Positions 17,454-26,562 of a DNA stretch of 64,000 nucleotides are shown piece after piece. The first letter of the stretch is position 1, and the number at the start of each line of letters is the position of its first letter. Both the position numbers and the translations under genes were made by a program. The stretch comes from an uncultured bacterium (lineage in GTDB: Bacteria > Macinerneyibacteriota > Macinerneyibacteria > Macinerneyibacteriales > DSCS01): assembly GCA_964574875.1 (NCBI GenBank), contig CAZNOX010000001.1, positions 149,335 through 213,334 of the forward strand. The letters run 5' to 3'. The notes under the pieces were generated by a model that did not search any database, had not been told where the DNA came from, and worked only from the letters and a program-made list of their open reading frames with translations.

Positions 17454-18812
17454 ATGACCCATGACCTCACCCGCGGCAATATCCTGAAAAACCTCCTCAT
17501 GGTCTCGATCCCCACAATGATCGGATTCAGTGCTCAGATGATCTATGATATTGTGGATATTTTCTGGCTCGGGCGGATATCGGGACAAGCCATTGCCGGG
17601 GTTACGGTCTTTTCCACGATCTTCTGGATCGTCGAATCCCTGAACGAGGTCATCGGCGTGAGCTCCATCTCCCTCATCTCACAGGCTTTCGGAAAAAAAG
17701 ACATCCCCGGGACAAACCGGGCCATCGAACAGACGATCACCTTCAAATTCATCGTTGCAGCCCTTGCCGCCCTCTTTCTGGCTCTCTTCCTCAAACCCAT
17801 CATGGGGTTCTTCACCGATGCCGCTGTCACATCCATGGGGCTGGAATACGGATACCTTCGTCTCTTCTTTCTGCCCATTATGTTTTCCTCATATTCAGTG
17901 AATACGGCTTTACGCTGTATCGGTGACGCCCGGACCCCCATGTTTATCATGCTGGGGACAAGTCTTTTCAACCTTATTCTGGACCCCTTCCTCATTTTTG
18001 AGACTGTTCCGGTGGTGGGATGCCCCGGAGCCGGGCTGGGGATCTTCGGAGCAGCCCTGGCCACGATCTTCTCCCAGACACTTGCTTTTCTCACAGGCTT
18101 TGCGCTCCTTTTTTCGGGAAAAAGGGGGATCAAACCCTCATTGAAAAGACTTTTCCGGCTTGACAGGACGCTGGATAAAAAACTCATGACCATCGGACTT
18201 CCCAATGGAGTGGAGATCTTTCTGCGGAACATCTCCATGGCGGCCATTTTAAAATATGTCTCCATCTTCGGCACAGCCGCTATCGCCGCCTACGGGATCG
18301 GAGGGCGCCTCATCGGAATCGCTTTTATGCCGCTCGTGGGGCTCTCCATGGGAGGGTCGGCGATCGTGGGCCAATGCCTTGGCGCGGAAAACATCTCCAG
18401 GGCCAGAGAGACCTGCCGGATCTCAGCGCTTCTATCAGCCTCTGTCATGGCTCTTTTTACGGCTGTTGCTGTCTTCTGGGGAAAGTTTTTTATCAGGCTT
18501 TTTTCAGACAATCCCGAAGTGATCTCCATGGGAGCTGATTTTCTCCGCTATGCGACCTTTGCACTCATCTTCATCGGGATCGGATTCGGACTCTCCATTG
18601 CATTCTCCGGGTCAGGCTACAACCTTCCCTTTCTCGTTTCGAGTATCATCGGACGCTGGGCGTTTCAGATCCCGTTTCTCATCATCACCGTGACCCTGCT
18701 CAACGCCCCTCTCCTTTTTGTCTGGCTCTCTTTTATCATCGGAGATATCGCTGAACTCTCATCCCTGGTCCTCTTTTACAGACAGGGAAAATGGCAGACG
18801 AAGCGGGTATAA
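17454..18812 (+). CDS. MATE-family multidrug/oligosaccharidyl-lipid efflux transporter
   Basis: 12 TM helices. The N-terminus ILKNLLMVSIPTMIGFSAQMIYDIVDIFWLG is typical of MATE. AAGGAG RBS before the ATG at 17454. Confidence 0.85.
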   Translation: MTHDLTRGNILKNLLMVSIPTMIGFSAQMIYDIVDIFWLGRISGQAIAGVTVFSTIFWIVESLNEVIGVSSISLISQAFGKKDIPGTNRAIEQTITFKFIVAALAALFLALFLKPIMGFFTDAAVTSMGLEYGYLRLFFLPIMFSSYSVNTALRCIGDARTPMFIMLGTSLFNLILDPFLIFETVPVVGCPGAGLGIFGAALATIFSQTLAFLTGFALLFSGKRGIKPSLKRLFRLDRTLDKKLMTIGLPNGVEIFLRNISMAAILKYVSIFGTAAIAAYGIGGRLIGIAFMPLVGLSMGGSAIVGQCLGAENISRARETCRISALLSASVMALFTAVAVFWGKFFIRLFSDNPEVISMGADFLRYATFALIFIGIGFGLSIAFSGSGYNLPFLVSSIIGRWAFQIPFLIITVTLLNAPLLFVWLSFIIGDIAELSSLVLFYRQGKWQTKRV

Positions 18813-18850
18813 AAAAAGGGCCGCTTCCTGAGGAAACGGCCCTGTGCTCT
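18812..18850. terminator. Bidirectional rho-independent terminator between convergent genes
   Basis: A8 run, then GGGCCG-loop-CGGCCC hairpin. The minus-strand reading gives a hairpin followed by T8. Confidence 0.5.
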
Positions 18851-18866
18851 TATCGGCTCTGTCCGT

Positions 18867-19817
18867 TCACCATGTCACTTCAATGGGAATGGATCCCAGT
18901 TCAAGAGCATCGTCCACATTGGAATCGAAAAAACGGACTTCATATTTCCCCGGCTTGGACGGGGCTTCCAGCTCCACAGTCCCTTCAGTCTCTTCCATCC
19001 CCACATAAGCAAAGGGGTACCCGTATTCACTGTTGTTCTCAGAGCTGGCCACCTGGTCGTTATGAGGAACATCCGGTGTGACAAAACCGAACCAGGTCCC
19101 GTTGCGGAGGAAGACATTGGTCTTGTAAGTCACCTGAAACCGTTCCCCGGCCTTCACAACGCTTTTGGATGACGAGAGGGATGTCTCAGGCTTGAGAGAA
19201 GCCACTTGAAACACGATGCGGGAGATCTCATACCCGGTGGGATCCATGGATGTGTAGGCGCGCAGATGATAGGTCCCGGGTTCTGAAGGGGCATCAAACT
19301 CCAGATAGTCTTCGCGTTTCGGGTCCATCCCGCCTTCAACGATAAAATAATCCCTCACAGCTTCTCCGTTGAGTTTCGGAACATCAGCCGAAAACATCCC
19401 CACCCAGCACCCGTCCCGGAACTCCGGGTTCATCGTTGAAAAATAGACGGTCATGGGCTCATTGGGAAAATATCTCAGCTTATTCGCCAGGATATAATGG
19501 ACCGTGATGGCCTTTTTTTCCAAAACAGTCCCCGGGCTGTCAGGCAGGACAATGGTCAACTCATAGACCCCCTGCTTGTCAGGTGTGGTGAAATTGACCT
19601 CTTCGCCGTTGACGACCACGGGATACTGTTCCAAAGTCTTTTTTCCGTCGGAGAAAACAGCCAGAAGAGTCTCAGTCACATCTTTCTGTGCCACGGTGAC
19701 CCCCAGACGGCTTTGGGGCAGGAAGGTATCGCCGTTCGTCCTGAGTTTCAGTTCGCCGGCCGTGAGCCCCGCTGCTGTAAAAATGACCAAGAGAATAAGA
19801 AGAACTTTGCCTTTCAT
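18867..19817 (-). CDS. Secreted protein with three internal Ig-like repeats
   Basis: Signal peptide MKGKVLLILLVIFTAAGLTAG. Repeated GxYE(L/V)... motif units. Confidence 0.5.
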   Translation of the reverse strand: MKGKVLLILLVIFTAAGLTAGELKLRTNGDTFLPQSRLGVTVAQKDVTETLLAVFSDGKKTLEQYPVVVNGEEVNFTTPDKQGVYELTIVLPDSPGTVLEKKAITVHYILANKLRYFPNEPMTVYFSTMNPEFRDGCWVGMFSADVPKLNGEAVRDYFIVEGGMDPKREDYLEFDAPSEPGTYHLRAYTSMDPTGYEISRIVFQVASLKPETSLSSSKSVVKAGERFQVTYKTNVFLRNGTWFGFVTPDVPHNDQVASSENNSEYGYPFAYVGMEETEGTVELEAPSKPGKYEVRFFDSNVDDALELGSIPIEVTW

Positions 19818-19940
19818 TTCCCGATCTCCTTTCGTTAATCTCCAATTTATATCTTGTTTTTAAAAAAAATCAAGGAAAAGAGAGAGGGCATTTTCCCGAA
19901 AATCATAAAAAGGAAGGAGAGAGGACAATGACCCCGTCCC

Positions 19941-20945
19941 CTAGTCCAGTTCCGAACGTGTTCCGTCAGCCCACTCCAGAAAAAGTTTCCCGTCGTGTTC
20001 TGAAAACCCGGAGGGAACCGTCTTTTCCTCATTATGGGCATCACCCCTGTCTCTCCATGGAGCAGGGTAGGGAAGATGAAAGATAAGGTAAGCGGTCTCT
20101 TTCATCCGTTCGGGGTCGATATACTGGCCGTAAGCTATACACCATCTCCTGTCGGGACTCACCTCCAGGAGATCCAGGATCAGAGAGGGATCGCGGTAGA
20201 GGATCTTTTCCGGCGCCCCCTTCCGGCGATAATAGATCATCCCGTTACGGGCTTCCACTGAAGTGATCTCCATGGTCTTTTCGTGAAAAATGCGGATCTC
20301 GCTCAGGCAGGTATCATCCCATTGTGATCCGGAATAGACAGCTGAGATCTTGAGCTCAAGGAGATAACAGGACTCATAGGCCTTGGGATACCCCTTGATC
20401 ATCGAAAAGGCTTCAAAAGCCCGGTCCAGAGTCTCTCTTTTCCCGTCGATCTCATCCCAGGGAAGGGAGAGCTGAAGAACCTGAAGCTCCCGTGTGTCCT
20501 TTATCTTCAGGGAGAGGGGTTCAGAGGCCGGTCTGGTGAGCAGAAGCGGCCCCTGTTCAGTGACATACCCTGAAGGGGTGTATCCCCGTTCCACTGTGAG
20601 GGTCAGCTCTTTGACTCGGTTGTTCTTTGAAAAGAGGGCCGGGGACCGGGCAAAGCCGTTGATCAGAGCCATGGTATCGGCTCCATGGGGGATGATCATG
20701 GTGATCGTCTCTCCTGCTCCACTTCCCTCTTTCCCTTCGACCCATGAAGATCCGGCATACCCGTCAAAAAGATTCTGCATCCGGTAATCCTGCCCCGGTT
20801 CTTCAAGTGTCGATGAGGCCCTGTAGATCTCACCCATGTAGTCGCTGAACGTCCGGGACAGAAAAGTCATCGGAGCCTCCTCACCCCGGAGAGCTCCGGT
20901 GAGTGCAACCATGATCATGACAACGACGAAACCTCTTCTTCCCAT
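19941..20945 (-). CDS. Secreted protein with a discoidin (F5/8 type C)-like domain
   Basis: AAGGAG RBS 5 nt before the ATG at 20945 (MGRRGFVVVMIMVALTG). LFDGYAGSSWVEG resembles the discoidin-domain signature. Confidence 0.5.
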   Translation of the reverse strand: MGRRGFVVVMIMVALTGALRGEEAPMTFLSRTFSDYMGEIYRASSTLEEPGQDYRMQNLFDGYAGSSWVEGKEGSGAGETITMIIPHGADTMALINGFARSPALFSKNNRVKELTLTVERGYTPSGYVTEQGPLLLTRPASEPLSLKIKDTRELQVLQLSLPWDEIDGKRETLDRAFEAFSMIKGYPKAYESCYLLELKISAVYSGSQWDDTCLSEIRIFHEKTMEITSVEARNGMIYYRRKGAPEKILYRDPSLILDLLEVSPDRRWCIAYGQYIDPERMKETAYLIFHLPYPAPWRDRGDAHNEEKTVPSGFSEHDGKLFLEWADGTRSELD

Positions 20946-21045
20946 GAAGACTCCTTTCATCCGGAAACAGAGTGTATTCAAGTATAGCAGATCTTCAGCC
21001 TGAGCGAAAGGAAAAGCCTGTCATCTCCGGGACTGCTCCGTCTCG

Positions 21046-22122
21046 CTATTCCGTATCAAAGACAAACAGAGTGCGAGAGGATCTTTTCTCTGAATCTGGC
21101 CACAAAGTCTTCGTGGCTGTCCCGTAATCGACCACAAGAGAGAAGAGTTTCCCCTCTTCGATATCCACGAGGACGTTATCCCCCTGGATCTCCTGAGGGC
21201 CGGATGGCCTGATCTGCCTGACATAAGCCCCTGTCTTCATATCGTAGACATCAAAATAGTAGTCCATGACCCGGTAACGCCACTCTTTATCAAAGTCCTG
21301 GCCGTTGGGATTGGCCACATAGAGGAAGCGTCCGTCATTGCGCATGGACGAGATCAGGTAACACCCCACAGTCCCGTCAGTGATTTCATTGCGGAAATAC
21401 TCCGGAGAGGGGTATTTTTCAAGCCCTTGTCGTGTAAAAGTCATGATCTTTTCGAGCCGCTTGTCATACTTCTCGATACGGTAGGGCTGGCCGTAATATC
21501 CCAGGAAGACATCCCCTGTGGCTTGATCCACAGACAGGGTCCCTCCCGGGAGGACTCCCCCCTCATACCTCTTTTCAAAAGGAAGAGAGAGGACCTCGCC
21601 TGTCTCTCTGTCCACACGGGAGAGTTTGAACCGGATGGTCCCGGCAAAATAAAAGGCCTCATCCGTGACTTCGAACGACCAGGGGTTCCCGATCTCATCG
21701 GTGAGGGCAAATTCATCCAGATAGGCCCCCTGAAGATCATAGATGTTCACCCGGCGCATGAGCAGATCACAAAAATAGATGCGGCTGTCATGGATCCGGA
21801 TACCCAGATTGTGCATGACTTCCCCGGGGCCCTTTCCCCTGTTCAGTGTGATGTTCTCTTCCTTTCCTGTGTCGATCTCTTTCACGTGGATGATGTACCG
21901 GTCAGGGCGTCTCTCCAGATAGTAGAGCCTTCCCTGAAAGACAGCGGCAGAATAGAAGAGATTATTGGTGGCCACTTCCGTGGTATCCAGCATCCTTCTG
22001 AATGCCACAGTGCGCACTCCCTCCATGGGCCTCTCGTTCTTCTGAATCACCTCTCCCTGCGGGGCACATCCCCACACCAGGGAAAGGAGGACAAGGTAAA
22101 GACAAGTTACGATCTGTTTCAT
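21046..22122 (-). CDS. Beta-propeller-like lipoprotein, GKGPGE-motif family, subfamily A
   Basis: Lipobox VWGCA. NRGKGPGEV. Alignable with the 13592-14695 product. Confidence 0.6.
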   Translation of the reverse strand: MKQIVTCLYLVLLSLVWGCAPQGEVIQKNERPMEGVRTVAFRRMLDTTEVATNNLFYSAAVFQGRLYYLERRPDRYIIHVKEIDTGKEENITLNRGKGPGEVMHNLGIRIHDSRIYFCDLLMRRVNIYDLQGAYLDEFALTDEIGNPWSFEVTDEAFYFAGTIRFKLSRVDRETGEVLSLPFEKRYEGGVLPGGTLSVDQATGDVFLGYYGQPYRIEKYDKRLEKIMTFTRQGLEKYPSPEYFRNEITDGTVGCYLISSMRNDGRFLYVANPNGQDFDKEWRYRVMDYYFDVYDMKTGAYVRQIRPSGPQEIQGDNVLVDIEEGKLFSLVVDYGTATKTLWPDSEKRSSRTLFVFDTE

Positions 22123-22261
22123 CAGAAAACCTCCGTTTACTTCATAGGACACATCTTCAATCCTGAAGTTTCAGGAGAACCGGGAGACTTTCCTTCGATA
22201 TCTCCCGCAACGATGTCTTTTGTGCTATACTGTCTCATACGTCAATAAGAAAGGAGTCAAA

Positions 22262-23104
22262 ATGGAAGATCAACTCGCTGCTCTTGTGGACAATGGGGAA
22301 AAGCTCTCCGGGATAGCTTTGGCCTGGGCTCCGAAACTTGCCGGCGCCCTGCTTGTCCTTGTCCTCGGCCTCTGGATCGTGAAACTCTTTATCAAGGGTT
22401 TGAAAAAGATGCTTTCCAAAAGAAAGATCGACCCCTCGCTACTCTCTTTTATCGCCAGTTTCCTGGGAGCGCTTCTGCGGGTCCTTGTTGTGATCAGCGT
22501 CATGGGAATGGCAGGGATCCAGATGACCTCCTTTATCGCTCTTCTGGGTGCAGCCGGCCTGGCCATGGGCATGGCCCTCTCCGGGACATTACAGAATTTT
22601 GCCGGAGGAGTGATCATTCTCATCTTCCGGCCGTTTAATGTGGGGGACTATATCCAGGCCCAGGGCCATGCGGGAATCGTCAGGGAGATCACCATCTTTA
22701 CAACCCACCTCAATACAGTGGACAATAAGGTCATCATCCTTCCCAACGGCCCTCTGGCCACCAATGACCTGGTCAATTACACGAAAGAAGAGACCCGCCG
22801 CATCGACTGGACCTTCGGAATCGCTTACGGTGATAAACTGGATGATTTTAAGAGGGCCTTGAACGATTTCATCAAAGAAGACCAACGGATCTTCACTGAG
22901 CCGGAACCCTTCATCGGCCTGACAGAACTGGCTGACAGCTCTGTCAACCTGACTGTCCGTGTCTGGGCGAAGACAAGTGACTATTGGAATATCTTTTTTG
23001 AGATGAATGAAAAAGTCTACACCCGGTTTGCCGATTACGGCCTGCATATCCCCTTCCCCCAGATGGATATTCATCTCCATCAGGCGCAAGAGGACCGGAA
23101 ATAA
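22262..23104 (+). CDS. Small-conductance mechanosensitive channel (MscS family)
   Basis: Three TM helices followed by the conserved MscS beta-domain. AAGGAG RBS before the ATG at 22262. Confidence 0.8.
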   Translation: MEDQLAALVDNGEKLSGIALAWAPKLAGALLVLVLGLWIVKLFIKGLKKMLSKRKIDPSLLSFIASFLGALLRVLVVISVMGMAGIQMTSFIALLGAAGLAMGMALSGTLQNFAGGVIILIFRPFNVGDYIQAQGHAGIVREITIFTTHLNTVDNKVIILPNGPLATNDLVNYTKEETRRIDWTFGIAYGDKLDDFKRALNDFIKEDQRIFTEPEPFIGLTELADSSVNLTVRVWAKTSDYWNIFFEMNEKVYTRFADYGLHIPFPQMDIHLHQAQEDRK

Positions 23105-23132
23105 AAAGGGGCGCCTTCAGGCGCCCCCTCTT
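23104..23132. terminator. Bidirectional terminator hairpin GGGGCGCC-TTCA-GGCGCCCC
   Basis: 8-bp GC stem flanked by A5 upstream and a T-rich tract downstream. It sits between the MscS and tricorn-like genes. Confidence 0.55.
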
Positions 23133-23136
23133 ATCC

Positions 23137-26100
23137 TTAATTCTCCTGACTGTCCAGCTCTTTCAACAGTTCTTTCACCGCTGCTTCAAGCTGCTGGTCA
23201 CGGCCCCGGGAGATCACTTCGTAATCGGTATCAACCCTGATATCAGGTTCAAGCTGCTGATTTTCCAGGTAGTTTCCGTTTAAGTCCCTGCCTCCGATCT
23301 CCGGGATCCCGAAATTGATCGCCGGATTCTGAAGCCGTTCCCACCAGACAGATGTCATGGTTCCGGGAACAGGCATCCCCACAAGCTTTCCAAGCCCCAG
23401 TGTCTTGTAGGCATAAGGAAACCCATGAGCATCGGAATAGTTTCCTTCACTCATGATGACAATACTTTTTTTGAACCAGTATCGTGAAGTATCATAACCG
23501 TAATCCTGGCCCCGAGGTGTCCAGTGGATATACTTTTTGCCGTTGAGAAGCATCACCAGCTCCTGGGTCAGGTTTCCCCCGCCATTGAACCGGGTATCCA
23601 CGATGATACCTTCTGTATGGGCATAGCGTCCGAACATATCATTATAGACAAGGTTATAGCTTGTGGAATTCATGGACGGGACATGGACATACCCCAGTCT
23701 GCCTTCAGAAAGAGTCTCCACGGTCCGCCGGTTCTTTTCAACCCACCGGTTGTAGACGGCCCAGTAATCCGAGTTTTCCGCCTTGATAAAGAGCTCCTCG
23801 TCACCGGAAAAGATCCCGGGCCTGTTCACGGTCACTTTGACAAATGTCCCTTCTTTATGGTTCAACGCGGCAAAATAATCCCTGAGGGAGTGCACAGGTT
23901 GTCCGTCGATCTCTTTGATCACAGTCCCTTCCGGAATAGTGGCTCCGGATTTGAAAAAGGGCCCGTCCGGGATGACCTCTTTGATGATGATCCCGTCTTT
24001 GTTTTCATCATCAAAACCGAAAAAGATCCCCAGTGTGGCGACATTGTCGTTCTCCCGGGATGAGAGCCGGGCATAAGCGCCTGTGTGGGATGCGTTCAAC
24101 TCCCCGAGCATCTCACTGGCCAGCTCGGCAAAATCAAAGTCATTATTGATAGAGGGCAAAAAGGGCTCATACTCCCTTTTATACATCTCCCAGTCCACAC
24201 CGTTCATACCGGGGTCGAAGAACTTCTCCTTCACCTGGCGCCAGATATGTTCGAAGAAATAGGCTCTCTCTTCCCGGGGTCTCAGAAACTGCTCCGCCTC
24301 GAAAGCCACTGATTGTTTTTCACGGGTCATCACATTATAGGAGAGGATCGCTCCCTTGGTAAGGACCCATATGGTATCCCGTTTTCCATTGACCGCATAA
24401 AGCCTGGTGTCCTCGGGAAATGTCGCGATCTGGGTGTATTCATTCTGCCTGAGGCTGACCTTCCACAACTCGGTCTTATCCGTATGCCCGGAGAGGTAAT
24501 AGAGGCTGTCCCCGTCTTCAGAGAGAAAGGTCCCGGCCAGCTGAGCAGGAAAACGGGTGAGTTTCAGCGTCCGCTTTTCCAGGTTGTTCCAGTCGATTTC
24601 AATCTTTTCGGTCTTTTTTTCTCCGTCTTTTTTCTTCTTTTCCTTGTCATCCTCCGGTTTCTCCTCTTCCTGACCGAGACGGAGATATTCCTGATACTCT
24701 TCGCTGTTCAACGTGGCTTTAAGATAAGCGTCCCGGTTCATGAAGAGAGCATAGACATTATACTCTTCAAACCATCCGCCGAAACGCCGGGTCCCGTATT
24801 TCCCCGTATTGTAGATGATCGCCTGCCCCTTCATCTCCCAGCTGGCGCCCCAGTTGTAATATCCGCTGTCGGTGAGGTTGAAGACAGGGCCCTTCCCCTG
24901 AGCATCCCTCATCCCGATATCATTTGTATTCTTCCCTTTATTAAGCATGTCAAAGATCAGCCATCGGCTGTCGGGAGACCAGCTGAAAAAAATATCTCCG
25001 TCGATATAAGAGTAGTTCCGGTCCCGCTCAAGGATGGTCGTTGCCTTTTTGGAATCAATATCCATGACCTTCAGGGTCTGGCGGTCTTCAAGATAGGCGA
25101 TTTTTTTCCCGTCAGGAGAGAAAAGAGGCTGAAACTCCTCTTGCGGGCCTGCAGCCAGGGGAATCTCCTCAAGAGCTGTTGAATAGGCCAATGACTTTTC
25201 TTTTTTATCAGTCAACCGTGTCATGTAGATGTCCCAGCTTCCGTTCCGTTCAGAGGCATAGACCACGGCGCGCCCGTCAGGGCTGAATCCCACCGAGCGT
25301 TCCTGTTCCGGTGTATCTGTGATCCGGATGGTCTTTTTAAATTTCGCCGAGGTCACAAAGACATCTCCCCGGACAACGAAAACGACATCTGATTCATCAG
25401 GGGAGACATCAAACTCGGTGACCCCTCCTGTATGGACGATACGGTCCACAGCGTAGTGTTTGGGCTCATTGATGATCTCCACATCCACTTTCCGGCTCTT
25501 CCCGCCGTTCAGGAGGTAGATATCCCCGTGATATCCGTAGCAGAGGGTGTTGTCGTCTGATATGGTCAGGAAGCGGACAGGATGGCGGTCATGAAAGGTC
25601 ACCTGTGTGACTTGAGTGGGATCATCCAGAGAAAATGACGCCACGTTGAAATCGCCGAACTGTTCCGTGAGGTAATAGACCCTCCTCCCGGTATTGTCCA
25701 GAACAGGATTACGGTCTTCTCCCTTGAAGCTCGTCAGCATGGTATGGGTCTTGTTTTGAATGTCATACATCCTGATATTTCTGGCCACAGAGGATGTGTG
25801 ATGCTTTCTCCAGGCATTCTCGCCCCCTTTGAGGTCCTGATAGAGGAGAAAATCTCCATTCTTCGAGATGACCACTTCTTCAGCCGGTGTTGTCAGGACC
25901 TGCCGGACCCGGCTGTCACTGATGGCCACACGGTAAAGCTCATCCAGGTAATAGGCTGGATAGAGGCGGTTTTCAGGGGCATCCTGGATGTGAGCGCTGA
26001 AGAGGATCTCTTTCCCGTCCGGTGTAAATGTGTAGGGAATCTCAGAGCCCGGAAAATTCGTGATGCGCCGGGCTTCTCCCCCGGTAAAGGGAACAGTATA

Positions 26101-26367
26101 GAGGTCGAACTGCCCGTAACGGAATGAGGCAAAAGCAATGGTCTTTCCGTCAGGGGACCAGACCGGCCTGAAGTCGTAAGCCTCGTTCACGGTGAGCTGA
26201 CGGGCCCGTCCGCCTCCGGATGAAACGATATAAATATCATCCTGATAGGAGAAGGCGATCCATTTTCCGTCTGGAGAGAGAGAAGGATAACGCTTCCATT
26301 GGCTCTCCCGGGCCGGGAGAAGGGTGAACGACGACAAGACGATGAGCGCTAATAAGATCTTTTTCAT
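23137..26367 (-). CDS. Tricorn-protease-like secreted peptidase (TolB/PD40 beta-propellers + PDZ + S41 C-terminal protease domain)
   Basis: Signal peptide. Repeated SPDGKxIAF propeller motifs. The C-terminal region matches S41 tail-specific protease. Length is 1,076 aa. Confidence 0.75.
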   Translation of the reverse strand: MKKILLALIVLSSFTLLPARESQWKRYPSLSPDGKWIAFSYQDDIYIVSSGGGRARQLTVNEAYDFRPVWSPDGKTIAFASFRYGQFDLYTVPFTGGEARRITNFPGSEIPYTFTPDGKEILFSAHIQDAPENRLYPAYYLDELYRVAISDSRVRQVLTTPAEEVVISKNGDFLLYQDLKGGENAWRKHHTSSVARNIRMYDIQNKTHTMLTSFKGEDRNPVLDNTGRRVYYLTEQFGDFNVASFSLDDPTQVTQVTFHDRHPVRFLTISDDNTLCYGYHGDIYLLNGGKSRKVDVEIINEPKHYAVDRIVHTGGVTEFDVSPDESDVVFVVRGDVFVTSAKFKKTIRITDTPEQERSVGFSPDGRAVVYASERNGSWDIYMTRLTDKKEKSLAYSTALEEIPLAAGPQEEFQPLFSPDGKKIAYLEDRQTLKVMDIDSKKATTILERDRNYSYIDGDIFFSWSPDSRWLIFDMLNKGKNTNDIGMRDAQGKGPVFNLTDSGYYNWGASWEMKGQAIIYNTGKYGTRRFGGWFEEYNVYALFMNRDAYLKATLNSEEYQEYLRLGQEEEKPEDDKEKKKKDGEKKTEKIEIDWNNLEKRTLKLTRFPAQLAGTFLSEDGDSLYYLSGHTDKTELWKVSLRQNEYTQIATFPEDTRLYAVNGKRDTIWVLTKGAILSYNVMTREKQSVAFEAEQFLRPREERAYFFEHIWRQVKEKFFDPGMNGVDWEMYKREYEPFLPSINNDFDFAELASEMLGELNASHTGAYARLSSRENDNVATLGIFFGFDDENKDGIIIKEVIPDGPFFKSGATIPEGTVIKEIDGQPVHSLRDYFAALNHKEGTFVKVTVNRPGIFSGDEELFIKAENSDYWAVYNRWVEKNRRTVETLSEGRLGYVHVPSMNSTSYNLVYNDMFGRYAHTEGIIVDTRFNGGGNLTQELVMLLNGKKYIHWTPRGQDYGYDTSRYWFKKSIVIMSEGNYSDAHGFPYAYKTLGLGKLVGMPVPGTMTSVWWERLQNPAINFGIPEIGGRDLNGNYLENQQLEPDIRVDTDYEVISRGRDQQLEAAVKELLKELDSQEN

Positions 26368-26562
26368 AAGGACTCCTCAGATTCTTTATACGTGTATACG
26401 GATATGATACCTGTTTGTTGAGTCATTGAAAGATTTTTTTTCGGTTCCCTTAATTATTCTCCGGCCCCCGTCCTTTTCTTCCCCTCACACGAGTCAATCT
26501 CCGCAGACCACCCTCGGGAGAAGGGAGGGACAACCCGAGGGCCGGACAGATTTTTCTCTTTC

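Noticed and set aside
26503-26540. Hairpin CCCTCGGG...CCCGAGGG downstream of the MBL-domain gene
   Set aside because: No adjacent U-tract on either strand. It may be an RNA structure, but not a convincing intrinsic terminator.
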